The notes beneath the pieces are model-generated. The model made no database searches. It had not been told where the DNA came from and saw only the letters and a list, made by a program, of their open reading frames with translations. Of a DNA stretch of 64,000 nt, positions 1 to 10,279 are shown piece by piece. Every line of letters starts with the position of its first letter. The stretch's first letter is position 1. The stretch covers positions 448,001 through 512,000 of the forward strand of contig OZ250186.1 of NCBI GenBank assembly GCA_965238275.1, written 5' to 3'. Both the position numbers and the translations under genes were made by a program. This stretch comes from Nitrosopumilus sp. Its GTDB lineage: Archaea; Thermoproteota; Nitrososphaeria; Nitrososphaerales; Nitrosopumilaceae.

Positions 1-166
1 GACTCAGCTGATGCTGGTGCGACCAGGATGATGGGATGTGTTGGGATTTGGAGAATGCCGTTTCAGAAGGTGGCATGAGGGGTGGTTCAGGAACCTGGAG
101 AGGCGTTTATGGTAATGTTTGGAGCGCCATCAAGGGCAGGAACATAGAAAGGTTGTGATGCAATAG

Positions 167-240
167 CGGGTCTAGAGGGATTCGAACCCTCGACACCAGG
201 ATTAAGAGTCCTGCGCGCTACCTGGCTGCGCCATAGACCC
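167..240 (-). tRNA. tRNA-Lys(CTT)
   Basis: Reverse complement folds as a cloverleaf: acceptor GGGTCTA/TAGACCC, anticodon arm CAGGA-CTCTTAA-TCCTG, T-loop TTCGAAT. Confidence 0.95.
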
Positions 241-390
241 ACCAAAATGAATATGGCCAGTCTTGTTATTAATCTTGAGATTGCACCATCTGCCATGTCC
301 AGCCTCAAAGGATACGGTCATGGAACAGCCAATATGGAATGACACACGATGGAGGCAAACAGCGACAGCTAAAGGATTTGAATGTGTAAT

Positions 391-993
391 TTAGTTTTGG
401 GCAGTTGCCTCTATCTCATTGTACCTTTCAATGATTGCCGTAAGCGCAGTTGATACTGGAACGTCGTTCATCTTTTTCTTTTCTGCAAGAAGCTTCTGGT
501 ATGCATCAAGCGTAATGTATACGGGAATTGAACCGTTTCCTTCAAGCAGGCCCCTCACGTTATACAGTGCAGTCTCCATTCCCCTCTCAGCAGACTTTGC
601 AAACTTTGCCTTGTCCATTATGACCCCTAGCGGACCAAACGGCATCTCATAGTCTGCACTCATTGTCACCCGGGTAAGGTTGCCACCCAGTGCCTGAAAC
701 TCGTTGGTAATCTGCCACCTTTTGAACGGGCCTTCAATCTGCTTTGCAGAGATCTTTTCATTCCTGACAAACTCAGTCGTTTCACAGTCCCATTCCAGAC
801 GTTTCCCGCCAAAGTCGCCGATAATCCTAAAGGTTGTGCCCACACCCATGCCCTCCTTGATATCCATGGGAACGACAGTCATGCCAACAACATCAGTCTT
901 GATCTGATCGGATACGTGTTCTGGTCTTGCAAAGTATGTAAAGACGTTCTCTACAGGCGTCTTTATGTCAATTGATTTGGTGACGAGTGTCAA
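391..993 (-). CDS. SRPBCC (START/cyclase-dehydrase) family protein
   Basis: KSIDIKTPVENVFTYF...EFVRNEKI...GPFKRW motif pattern; likely TTG start at 993 (track ORF extends to 1200). Confidence 0.75.
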   Translation of the reverse strand: MTLVTKSIDIKTPVENVFTYFARPEHVSDQIKTDVVGMTVVPMDIKEGMGVGTTFRIIGDFGGKRLEWDCETTEFVRNEKISAKQIEGPFKRWQITNEFQALGGNLTRVTMSADYEMPFGPLGVIMDKAKFAKSAERGMETALYNVRGLLEGNGSIPVYITLDAYQKLLAEKKKMNDVPVSTALTAIIERYNEIEATAQN

Positions 994-1248
994 CGAATCT
1001 GTTTCTAGACAATTAGGATTTAAAGGTTTTGAGGATTTTTTTGTGCCCGGTGCTATTCTGAAAAATGAATTAGTCGTAACAGGATCCATCATGCACACCG
1101 CCGGATCGCAAGATGCCATCCGGCAGTACCAGGCGTACCAGACATGATTGGCATCATTCCCCCACAGGACTACCGATTGGCACACATGCACAGCATCCAT
1201 GCCATCAATGGACTTGCAATATATTCATCCTAGTCCCACGACATATGG

Positions 1249-1783
1249 ATGACCCGGAAACTGCTTGTGCCGATCGTTTTTGGCCTGCTGCTTGTGCTGG
1301 CTTTGGTTCCAAGCGATGCATACTCGCATTCCATGTTCAACTCGGCTGAAAAGTTCAGTGATGATGCCAAAATCAGGCCACAGGGTGCAGGTGGCCACGG
1401 CGCCTGAGTTCCCGCAGATAGGCGAGCCGTCCCAGTTCAGGGTAAGGGTCACTGATGCAGACTTTGAGGAGGTCGACAGTTTTGTCATGGGGATCCGCGT
1501 ATTCTTCCATGACAAGCAGATCGATGCAATCCCCCCCACTGCCATTGAGGCGGGGCACTGGGACTTTGACTACACCTGGAGAAACCCGGGGAACCACATT
1601 GTAAAAGTCGACCTCTACGGCATAAGTGAGAACACAGACGTCATAACATACACGTTCAACATGGGAACCCAGAGTCCGTTTGGCTACATCTTCATACTTG
1701 CCATAACCATCGGGGCCATGTGCTTTGCAGGGGTCATGACATACATCTATCTGCCGTGGATCATCAAGAAGATCAGGCGCTAG
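1249..1783 (+). pseudogene. Frameshifted membrane-anchored exported protein
   Basis: ATG 1249 gives signal peptide MTRKLLVPIVFGLLLVLALVPSDAYSHSMFNSAE; the body (GHRVQVATAPEFPQIGE...C-terminal TM) is in the +1 frame after the A4 run at 1369-1372. Confidence 0.6.
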
Positions 1784-1865
1784 GATTCTGGATACTGCCC
1801 GCTCTCTTGATATCCCGGATGCGGCCATCATCTGCCGTGGAACCCCAAGGGAATGTGGCGCCGGG

Positions 1866-2309
1866 TCAGACCTTGGAGACTATCTGCGCCCGGGCTATCC
1901 TGAATGCAAACAGCGTAGTCAGCAGCACCATGGCAAACAGCAGTATCCCTATTCCCAGGTGAATGGCGACAAGAACCGCATGCAGTTTCAGATCGATTAC
2001 CAGCGCGCCAAGCGTGATCTGCGTGATTACAAACACCGTGGCAAGCGTGCTTGTCGCCTTGATCTTGGCGTCTGCCTGCCGGTTAAGAAAGCTTGCAACC
2101 ATCGTTGCAATTACCAGCGCACCGGTGGTCGCAGCTGCCAGCCTGTGAATCCACTCAATCAGGTACTCTTCTGACGGCATGATGCCGTTGGGGCACAGCG
2201 GCCACTCAGGACACGTAAGGCCGAGGCCGGCAGCAGATATGTACCCGCCCAGAAACATCAGCGAGTACAGTACCATCATTGTTGCAAGGGCGAGGTACTG
2301 GATTGCCAA
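1866..2309 (-). CDS. ctaA: Short heme A synthase (COX15/CtaA family)
   Basis: GLGLTCPEWPLCP and EWIHR motifs, VAIHL, 4 TM helices, in cox operon. Confidence 0.85.
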   Translation of the reverse strand: MAIQYLALATMMVLYSLMFLGGYISAAGLGLTCPEWPLCPNGIMPSEEYLIEWIHRLAAATTGALVIATMVASFLNRQADAKIKATSTLATVFVITQITLGALVIDLKLHAVLVAIHLGIGILLFAMVLLTTLFAFRIARAQIVSKV

Positions 2310-2311
2310 GA

Positions 2312-2893
2312 CTACTCTTCTACGATGAATGTGCCCTGCATTCCCTGCAGGACGTGTCCTGGGACTGTACAGATATAGTCATAGATTCCCGGCGGTCCTG
2401 CCAGGAATGTGACGCTGCCATCCTCTCCGGGCCTCAGGGGGGCTAAAGCAGAGCCGATTCCGGACTCCCATATCACGCTGTTAAAGTCGTTGGGATCGCT
2501 TGCCACCCCGAATGCATGGAACGACCTGCCCAGATTGGTAACCATGACGGTCACCTCGTCGCCGGATTTCACTATAATGTCAGGGTTGCTCCCCTCCTCG
2601 CCTGGCAGCGCGTTGAATGCCAGAACCCTAAAGTCGTCAGACTCTACAAAGTTCATGACAAACTCGTGTTTGACGCCTGTCGGTGGTGCGGCCTCGCTTA
2701 CCTCGACTTCGGGCTTTAGTGCCGCCTTCTTCTCTGCCATTATTGCAACGATCGGTGCGGGCTCTGATATCCAGTAGTCCCACATGGAAAAGAAGATCAG
2801 GCCGCCTGCCACGCATATGCCCAGCATGATTGCCATCATCTTGCCCGTCCTGGCAGGCGTTGTCCGGTAGTAGGTCTGTGAATCGTGCTTCAT
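2312..2893 (-). CDS. Membrane-anchored blue-copper (cupredoxin) protein
   Basis: N-terminal TM; type-1 Cu ligands H(FHAF)...C-TVPG-H-VLQG-M. Confidence 0.85.
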   Translation of the reverse strand: MKHDSQTYYRTTPARTGKMMAIMLGICVAGGLIFFSMWDYWISEPAPIVAIMAEKKAALKPEVEVSEAAPPTGVKHEFVMNFVESDDFRVLAFNALPGEEGSNPDIIVKSGDEVTVMVTNLGRSFHAFGVASDPNDFNSVIWESGIGSALAPLRPGEDGSVTFLAGPPGIYDYICTVPGHVLQGMQGTFIVEE

Positions 2894-2905
2894 CTTACAT
2901 ATCTC

Positions 2906-4432
2906 CTAGTGCGATGGGGTCTTTGCCTCAAACGGATAATAGTACTTTCCGCCCACGCCAAACGGGTCCTCTACGTTTGCAATCTCCCCCTTGGCCGAGC
3001 TGTAAATCATGTTAATCAGGAACAGTACCATGCTGGCACCTATTATCATTGCGCCCACTGATGCTATCTGGTTCATGGCAATCCACTCGGGTATTTCCGG
3101 ATAGTCAAAGACCCTCCTTGGCATGCCGTACAGTCCCAGCACGTGCTGCGTAAAGAATACCATGACGGTCCCTATCATGGCCATGATAAAGTGGATCTTG
3201 CCCAGGGCCTCGTTGTAGAGCCGTCCTGTGACATAGGGGAACATGTAGTACAGGTATGCAATGGAGCCAAACGCGATGGTTCCCATCACAAACAGGTGGA
3301 AGTGTCCCACCACCCAGTACGTGTCGTGCGTGGTAAAGTCAAGCGGCATTGCGCTGTTTACGACGCCGCCTGCGCCTGCAGAGAAGAAGAGGGCAATCCC
3401 TCCGACTGACCACATCATCGGTGTCAAGAATTTGATTCGGCCGTTCCACATGGTGGCAATAAAGTTGAAGACGTGCATGGCAGATGCAGGAACCGCTGCA
3501 AGCGTTCCGACCATGAATACGGTCTTTTCCGTAAAGGACATTCCCGTGGCGTACATGTGGTGCGCCCACGAGGAGAAGCTCACTATGGACAGCAGCACGA
3601 ATGCAAAGATGCCAGAGTTGTAGCTGTAGATCGGTCTCCTTGAGAACCTGGGGATAATCTCGTACATCATGCCTATGGCAGGTATGACCAGCACGTACAC
3701 CTCCGGATGGAAGGTAAACCAGAACAGGTGCGCATACGCGATCGGGTCGCCTCCCAGTGCGGGATTGAAGAATCCGCTGACTCCCAAGCGGTCCGTGAGC
3801 AGCATGAGAAGCGCTGCTGCAAACGTGGGTATGGCCACAAGTATGATCAGTGAGGAGGTCAGAATTGACCATGCCAGGAGCGGGACCTGCCCTATGGACA
3901 TGTCTGGATGCTTGCATTTGAGGATGGTCACTACAAAGTTGATGGCACCCAGCACCGAGGAGACGCCCAGAATCTTGAGCCCGAATATCCACATGTCAGC
4001 AGCCGGACCGGGCGAGCTGATGATGGAGTACGGGGGGGTTGCATACCAGGTAAAGTCTGCAAACCCGAGCCAGATGAGGGCCCCGGCGGGCGGAATCATC
4101 CAGAATGCAATTGCGTTGAGTTTTGGATATGCCATGTCCTTGTACCGGACCATTATTGGTACAAAGTAGTTGCCCACTGCAGAGGCAAAGGGGATGATGA
4201 AGAGGAATATGAGCGTCGTGCCGTGAACGGTGAATATTCGGTTGAATGTCATGGAGTCGGTGATTATCTGGGGGCCTGGAAGGAACAGTTCGACCCTGAT
4301 CGCCAAGGCAAGTGCGCCTCCCAGAAACAGGAATGCCAGAGACGTTATCAGGTATAGCAGGCCGATATCTGTGTGGTGAGTCGAGAACATAACCTGCCAG
4401 ATCGGCCGTGGGCGTTGCAGTTCTAGGGTCAT
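2906..4432 (-). CDS. coxA: Heme-copper oxidase subunit I
   Basis: HPEVY, WAHHM and GHFH ligand motifs; ~12 TM; likely start MTLELQRPR at 4432. Confidence 0.97.
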   Translation of the reverse strand: MTLELQRPRPIWQVMFSTHHTDIGLLYLITSLAFLFLGGALALAIRVELFLPGPQIITDSMTFNRIFTVHGTTLIFLFIIPFASAVGNYFVPIMVRYKDMAYPKLNAIAFWMIPPAGALIWLGFADFTWYATPPYSIISSPGPAADMWIFGLKILGVSSVLGAINFVVTILKCKHPDMSIGQVPLLAWSILTSSLIILVAIPTFAAALLMLLTDRLGVSGFFNPALGGDPIAYAHLFWFTFHPEVYVLVIPAIGMMYEIIPRFSRRPIYSYNSGIFAFVLLSIVSFSSWAHHMYATGMSFTEKTVFMVGTLAAVPASAMHVFNFIATMWNGRIKFLTPMMWSVGGIALFFSAGAGGVVNSAMPLDFTTHDTYWVVGHFHLFVMGTIAFGSIAYLYYMFPYVTGRLYNEALGKIHFIMAMIGTVMVFFTQHVLGLYGMPRRVFDYPEIPEWIAMNQIASVGAMIIGASMVLFLINMIYSSAKGEIANVEDPFGVGGKYYYPFEAKTPSH

Positions 4433-4472
4433 CGGGTAATCCCTCCGCAATGAGCATCAGATAAAAGCGTTA

Positions 4473-4904
4473 TCAAGTCGATGCCTCCTCGACGTACAGC
4501 GTTCCGCGCATGTTGTAGTGGAGCAGTCCGCAGTACTCCCTGCACTGGATGTCATGTTCTCCCACCGCGTCAGGGGCAAACCATACCGTGTTGACCCTTC
4601 CCGGGACTGCGTCGATCAGAACCACGTAGTCGTGAATGTTAAAGGAGTGGATGACGTCAATGGCCGACACCTCGAACTTGTAGGCCTTGCCTGTCTCCAC
4701 ATGAAGCTCTCCCACCTCGACTGTGCCGTCCGGGTGCTCAAAGGTCCAGACCCATTGCTGTCCGGTCACCTTGATTATCTCGGCATCCTCCGGGACATGC
4801 TCGACCAGCCTCTCCACGTTCCAGGCCTCTGCCCCGACCCATGTCATAAGTGCAATTACAATGCCGATGTATATCCATTCAGGCCAGTTGGAGTGCGATC
4901 CCAA
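4473..4904 (-). CDS. coxB: Heme-copper oxidase subunit II (CuA)
   Basis: GQQWVW, DVIHSF and CREYCGLLHYNM CuA motif; likely TTG start at 4904. Confidence 0.93.
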   Translation of the reverse strand: MGSHSNWPEWIYIGIVIALMTWVGAEAWNVERLVEHVPEDAEIIKVTGQQWVWTFEHPDGTVEVGELHVETGKAYKFEVSAIDVIHSFNIHDYVVLIDAVPGRVNTVWFAPDAVGEHDIQCREYCGLLHYNMRGTLYVEEAST

Positions 4905-4906
4905 TC

Positions 4907-5167
4907 CTACCAGTCCGTCCCTTCGTATGGAGTCGGCTTTGCCTTGGGGTGCGACTCCCTGAACCGCCAGATCTGCCATATTATGGTGCCAGATACCACT
5001 GCACCCACAGTAAATGCCACAGTCATCATCCTAAAGAACAGGTTCCAGATAAGCACCCTGCGATCTACATATTTGCCAGGCTCATCGCCAGCGGCGAATG
5101 CAGCCTCCAGAGCTGGAACTGCCATCATAATTGCAAATACCAAGAACAGACCAATCATACCATTCAT
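4907..5167 (-). CDS. Small membrane protein heading the cox operon (resembles the N-terminal TM part of subunit II)
   Basis: Two hydrophobic segments ending WQIWRFRES; tightly coupled to coxB. Confidence 0.7.
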   Translation of the reverse strand: MNGMIGLFLVFAIMMAVPALEAAFAAGDEPGKYVDRRVLIWNLFFRMMTVAFTVGAVVSGTIIWQIWRFRESHPKAKPTPYEGTDW

Positions 5168-5197
5168 TAGCGATTGACAGTCGTCTTATGTAAATTC

Positions 5198-5204
5198 TAT
5201 TTAA
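5198..5204 (-). promoter_or_regulatory. Putative TATA box of cox operon
   Basis: TTAAATA on the minus strand ~31-37 nt upstream of ATG 5167. Confidence 0.5.
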
Positions 5205-5223
5205 GGGTTTACAAGATCCAGGC

Positions 5224-6872
5224 GTATGGACTCAGGTCCGTGCCTAGATTTTAATCGCTTGTGCATCAAATTAGACCATGCCGATTTATTGATCTCGGAA
5301 TCCGCGAACCCACGTGAGCAAATCAGAGATATCGCTCCTACGCAGGGAGCTGGCAAGGGTAGTGACGGAGTTCGAGAAGTTTAAGAAAACGATGTACAAG
5401 ACAAATGCCGAACTCACCAAGAAGGTGACGCTGCTCGAGATTGAAAACGACCGCCTGACCCTGGAGAATGCAGGATACCGCAGGAGGCTCCGCAAATACG
5501 AGAACCCCAACATGTCCTCGTCCACATATTCGTTGTACAACTCGGACCGCACGGCATTCAGGAAGCGGATGGACATGGAGGCCAAGATGGAGTCCGATGG
5601 CAGCGGGCCCAAGGAAGGAGAAAAGTCCGAATCGGAAGGCGGACCTGAATCAGAAGGCGAAGGCGCCGGAGACAAGACCCGCAAGGGACCGCCGGCAGGA
5701 CACGCCGGCGCCTCGCACAAGAACAAGGCCGAGAGGACCGAGAGTCTGCCAGTGTGCAGGTGCGAAAAGTGCGGACGCGGACACCTGGTCCGGATGCCGT
5801 CCATTGTCAAGATGGTGTATGATTTTCCCGACGACGGCGCCATGAGGATCGAGCGCGTCGCGTACCTGGTGGGACAGGGGTTGTGCAAGAGGTGCAATCA
5901 CGTCAGCTCTGCCGTGCCTCCCACGATCCCCGGCACGTCGCTTGGCCCCAAGGCCCTGGGGTTTGTGGAGGAGTACTACGACAAGAGGAGCACGGACTAC
6001 ACCGTATCATACTATTTCAAGGCGCTGTACGGGTTTGGCATATCGCCAAACGCCATATGGAACGCGCGCAAGGCCCTCAAAAAGATCCTCAAGGGCGCGT
6101 ACGAGGGCATACTGGCCCACATCGCCGATGCCATATTCGTACAGTTTGACGAGTCCCACATGAAGATGAACGGGAAGAAGGGGTACGTGTGGCTGGTCAC
6201 CACCGGCGACGCCACGTACCTGGTGGCCGCCCCGAGCAGGGCGGCCCTCGTGATAAACGCGCATTTTGCCCGGCTGCTTGGCAAGCCGGTGGTGGTGGAT
6301 GGGTACACCGTCTACAACATGTTCCCAGTCAAGCAGAGGTGCTGGGTGCACCTGCTGCGCGCCGCAGAAGAGTACGCCATCAAGAACGGCGGCAACGATC
6401 TTGCCTGCTACCGCAGGCTGCTTGCCCTGTACCGGTCAGTCAAGGACAGGGAGTCTGCCGGATCCGGCGAGTGCCTGGACCTAGAAAGGACGGTGCTCCA
6501 AATCGCCTCGGACTACGGGGAGTCCCACGACTTCCGCACGACGCTTGAGAACGCGGCCCCGTGCATGTTCACGTTCCTCAGGCATCCGGGCATGCCGCCG
6601 CATAACAACGCAGCAGAGCTTGAGATACGCGACACTGCGGTGCTGCACAGGAACGTGCGGCACCAGCTGTCCGAACCCGAGGGGCGGGAGGTCTTCTCGG
6701 TGCTGATATCAGTGGCGCGCACCTGCCACAAGCAGGGCATCTTCCCGCGCCAAGCAGTCGAGAACATCATCATGGATCCTGGCTGGAGCATATTCAAGCC
6801 ACCCGAACAATATCAGAAGGTTTCTGTACCCGCAGTGGCAGCGTAGCGCAGTTTGGCGACCTGAGTCCATAC
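5224..6872 (+). mobile_element. IS66-family element (single ORF)
   Basis: Perfect 15-bp TIR GTATGGACTCAGGTC (5224-5238 / 6858-6872); 8-bp TSD ATCCAGGC (5216-5223, 6873-6880). Confidence 0.95.
5314..6846 (+). CDS. IS66-family DDE transposase
   Basis: Coiled coil, CxxC zinc motifs, QFDES, GYVWL, VDGYTVY, QRCWVHLLR, NNAAELEIR. Confidence 0.92.
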   Translation: MSKSEISLLRRELARVVTEFEKFKKTMYKTNAELTKKVTLLEIENDRLTLENAGYRRRLRKYENPNMSSSTYSLYNSDRTAFRKRMDMEAKMESDGSGPKEGEKSESEGGPESEGEGAGDKTRKGPPAGHAGASHKNKAERTESLPVCRCEKCGRGHLVRMPSIVKMVYDFPDDGAMRIERVAYLVGQGLCKRCNHVSSAVPPTIPGTSLGPKALGFVEEYYDKRSTDYTVSYYFKALYGFGISPNAIWNARKALKKILKGAYEGILAHIADAIFVQFDESHMKMNGKKGYVWLVTTGDATYLVAAPSRAALVINAHFARLLGKPVVVDGYTVYNMFPVKQRCWVHLLRAAEEYAIKNGGNDLACYRRLLALYRSVKDRESAGSGECLDLERTVLQIASDYGESHDFRTTLENAAPCMFTFLRHPGMPPHNNAAELEIRDTAVLHRNVRHQLSEPEGREVFSVLISVARTCHKQGIFPRQAVENIIMDPGWSIFKPPEQYQKVSVPAVAA

Positions 6873-6998
6873 ATCCAGGCGACCCAGGATAATCTGGAAT
6901 ATGCAGGTGCAGTACGCAATTTCATGCACGGATCTAAAAGTTACCAGCGGGTCCCTCCCCCCTAGCAGAAGAGGCGATCCCGCGGAGTTTCAGGGTAT

Positions 6999-8468
6999 TC
7001 ATTGGAGACCGGCACCCCTCCGACTGCCCGTATCCTGCTGCTGCTGCTGCTCCTCTGCTGCATCCGGTACATCCGTCTCCTGCGTGTCCGGGTCTGGCCG
7101 AACCACGAATATCTTCACGTTCCTCTTCAGTTCCTCGTCCAGTGCATCATGCCCCCTTCTGATGTCCTCTGAAAACGACCAGACATGGCACTTTTTGAAC
7201 CCGAGTCTTGGCCACTTTGTCATGTTGTACCTGACATGCTCCAGATGCGATACGCACTCCGATCCAGACTCCAGTTCTATGCTTATCGGGGTGTCGGTGG
7301 AATAGTCGTATGCCACAAGATCCGTCTTGTCAACTGCCTCGTGTATCCTCTGTGACGCAACGGCAACAAAGTACCCCCTGTCCAGATAGTGGGCGACGGC
7401 CTTTCCGAACAGCTCCGGGATGTCTTGTGCCGTGCCTACTGCCCCGCAATCAAAACCAAAGTATTCCTTCTGTTTCTCTTCGGCAATGGCATAAGGGTCC
7501 AGCCGGCCGGTGCGGGGGGCCAGCAACCCGTCATGGATCATCTCGCGGAGCAGGCAAGAGACCGTGTCGCGGGGCGTCGTGCCTGCCACGCTGGCCCCGG
7601 TCGGGTTGTACCGACTAGTCACCTCCTTGAGGTTGAGCGGGCCTTTACGCAGCAGCAGCAACAACAGATGCCACTTTTCACGCGAAAGAAACTCCGCATC
7701 CATGTTCTCCATCCACCTGTCCCTCTCCTCGAGGCGCACATCAAAGAGCGGATGCGTGTCCCCGTCCCGAGTCCTGTACCTTTCACGCTCGGATGCGACA
7801 AAACCGTTCCATTCCTCCCGGGTCATGTTGGGCCTGCATACCTGGCCCGACTCGGGATCAAAATGTGTCCAGAACTGAACAGGCAGCGGCTGCTCTCCCC
7901 CGGGCTTTGGCGCAATGCGCGCAGTCCAGCGGTATACTGGCTGTGTCGCTATCATGTTTTTGATGTCGTTGACATATTTTGGATCCCAGGCGCTTGCCAG
8001 CCGCTGCACATCATTCCCCTCAAGGTGCTCGGCCATCTGGATGCCAAAGTTTGTCGTAATGTTGCTCAGTTCATTCTCGTCAAGCTGCTTGAGGCTCTGG
8101 TGTGCAAGTATCAGTCCCAGTCCCTTGGACCTTGCCTGCGATATCATCGTCTCAAGCACGGATATGCCCTTCATCTTTTGGAACTCGTCGAGTGCCAGAA
8201 CCACCTGTGTCCGTTCCCCGAGCGGCGTGGTGCCGGAGCGGTGCAGTATCTCAAACCACAGTTTCAGCACAAACGTCTGCATCACCAGATTGATCACATT
8301 CATCGGGATGTCTGATTCGGAGAACCTCACCACGGTATAGTGCCCGGGCTTGATTATCTCGCTGAACAGTGCAGTGGATCTTCTCTGGCAGAACATGTGC
8401 TTCATCTTGGCGCTTGCGGCAAAGATGTCCAGCCTGTTCAATACTGGTTCAAACGACCTGGCATCCAT
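6999..8468 (-). pseudogene. C-terminal part of a VirD4/HerA-like P-loop ATPase with a long C-terminal extension
   Basis: Walker B VVLALDEFQ and ARSKGLGLILAHQS motif present; no Walker A and only ~60 bp up to the purD stop. Confidence 0.6.
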
Positions 8469-8526
8469 CCTTGGGGAAATACTTTCGGATTACAACCACG
8501 AAAAAAGCTGCAACCCCGCAAAACCC

Positions 8527-9879
8527 TCATGCCCCCAGGTTGGCGTTTATCCTGTCGAGCTTTTGCAGGTTCCTCTCAGAACCGATATCGCGCCTGTACT
8601 CCAGCTTGCCCTGAAGACACGTGTCTATGGCCCTGTCCACCAGGGATGATGCTGCGGGAATCATCTCGGATACTGCGCAGAACGCGACCGCGCGTGATTT
8701 TTTGAGCGTCTTGTATCTGTGATCGCCTGTCCTCACGCACGAGGCAAAGAACGTCTTGACGCCCAAGCCGGCTATGGCCTTCTCGTCAAGGGTGAAATGG
8801 ATCTCGTTGCTGCTTGCATCCGGATACTCCTTGGCCACCATATACTTGACGACGCTTGCCATTCCGTCAAAGGACACCGCATCCTCTGACAGTGTCTTGT
8901 TCCACACGTGCACCAGCAGTTCGGAGAAGGATCCCTTGAGGACGCTGAGTATGTTGAGTACCTCGGGATCACCAAAGCGCCCGTTGAACTCCATGAATCT
9001 GATGCCGTTTTTCGTCTTGAAGAAGCCGCCGTTGAGGACACCAATAAACGGGTGGTCCTGCGATTCCATCTCGTCGATAACGGTCTGCATGATGTAACGG
9101 CAGTCATCCAGATCCTTCCCGCTCATGAATGGCAGCCTTTTTTCCGAATTGGTAAAGCAGCCCATGCCGCCTGTTCCCGCGCCCCGGTCATCGTCATACC
9201 GGAACGGGTAGTCATAACTGGCAGGGCAGGCCACTAGGGTTCTGCCGTCGGTAATCCCCATAATGGTGAACTCTATTCCCTCCAGCCTCTCCACCAGCAA
9301 CACCTTTTCGCTGCCGTTCCTCTCAAGGAGAAGGCAGGCGTAACCTGCGCAGTCCTGGTAGGTCGGCAGGTGCTCCGGCATCACCTTGACGCCCTTGCCG
9401 CCTGTAAGGCCCTGTGGCTTTACCACCACGTCAATCCCTTTGGACTTGAATTCAGAAAGGGCCGCCTCAACCTCTTCTGCACTTGAGACGATCCTGTGGA
9501 ACGGCGTAAACTCCGGGCATACCTTCTGCATCACCCCAATGGAGTAGACCTTGTCCCATTCGATGCGTGTTGCAGCCTTTGTCCCGCCTATCGCCTTAAA
9601 GCCGTTCTCCAACAGCACGTCGACGACGCCGTTGGCCAGAGGCTGGTCGGCATTGACAAAGGTGTAGTCAATCCCATGCTCCCTTGCAAATCCCAGAACA
9701 GCCTGCGGGTCGTTGGCATCGCCGATCGCATATTCCCCGCCGGACCGCTCCACGCAGTGAATAATTGACGGGTTCTTATGAGACATTATGGCATAAAGCT
9801 GCGCATCTTCCATGAGACGCGTGGCAAAGATGCCCTCGCGCCCGCCGCTCCCAACAATGAGGAATTTTTTCCTGTCCAC
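8527..9879 (-). CDS. purD: Phosphoribosylamine--glycine ligase
   Basis: IVGSGGRE, GLTGGKGVKV, GTGGMG, EFNGRFGDPE. Confidence 0.93.
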   Translation of the reverse strand: MDRKKFLIVGSGGREGIFATRLMEDAQLYAIMSHKNPSIIHCVERSGGEYAIGDANDPQAVLGFAREHGIDYTFVNADQPLANGVVDVLLENGFKAIGGTKAATRIEWDKVYSIGVMQKVCPEFTPFHRIVSSAEEVEAALSEFKSKGIDVVVKPQGLTGGKGVKVMPEHLPTYQDCAGYACLLLERNGSEKVLLVERLEGIEFTIMGITDGRTLVACPASYDYPFRYDDDRGAGTGGMGCFTNSEKRLPFMSGKDLDDCRYIMQTVIDEMESQDHPFIGVLNGGFFKTKNGIRFMEFNGRFGDPEVLNILSVLKGSFSELLVHVWNKTLSEDAVSFDGMASVVKYMVAKEYPDASSNEIHFTLDEKAIAGLGVKTFFASCVRTGDHRYKTLKKSRAVAFCAVSEMIPAASSLVDRAIDTCLQGKLEYRRDIGSERNLQKLDRINANLGA

Positions 9880-9895
9880 AATGCGGGGTTGAGTG

Positions 9896-10144
9896 TCAGA
9901 TTAAAAAAAGATTCGGACTTGCGCCTGCCTGTACGTCGAGACCCGTATGGAACAGGCTCATCAAACCTGCCTGCATTGATACCATCTCTGGCAGCGACGC
10001 AATAAAGTCGATTGAACCGCCCGTGATATCAATCCCGAGCATGAAGCGCAACATGCCGTCGACCAGAATTGTCCCGATTACAGCCCCGCCAGCATAGAAC
10101 AACAACGAGTGTCTTCTTTTAGCTTCCCCGTATTCCTCGGACAT
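9896..10144 (-). CDS. Small hypothetical membrane protein
   Basis: 82-aa ORF with one hydrophobic segment; no recognised motif. Confidence 0.35.
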   Translation of the reverse strand: MSEEYGEAKRRHSLLFYAGGAVIGTILVDGMLRFMLGIDITGGSIDFIASLPEMVSMQAGLMSLFHTGLDVQAGASPNLFLI

Positions 10145-10279
10145 GGTACCATGTGACTCAAAACAATAAAAGGGCAGATTCGGGCAGAATGACTCCCCTG
10201 TGAGATGATTCGGTTATGGGGGTGACTTCCATGAGACTATTCTGGCAGCAGTATGCAGGCCGGGTTTTGCGATACCGGA

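Noticed and set aside
1-240. Integrated element at the tRNA-Lys 3' end
   Set aside because: No att duplication or integrase visible; the relevant flank lies outside the window
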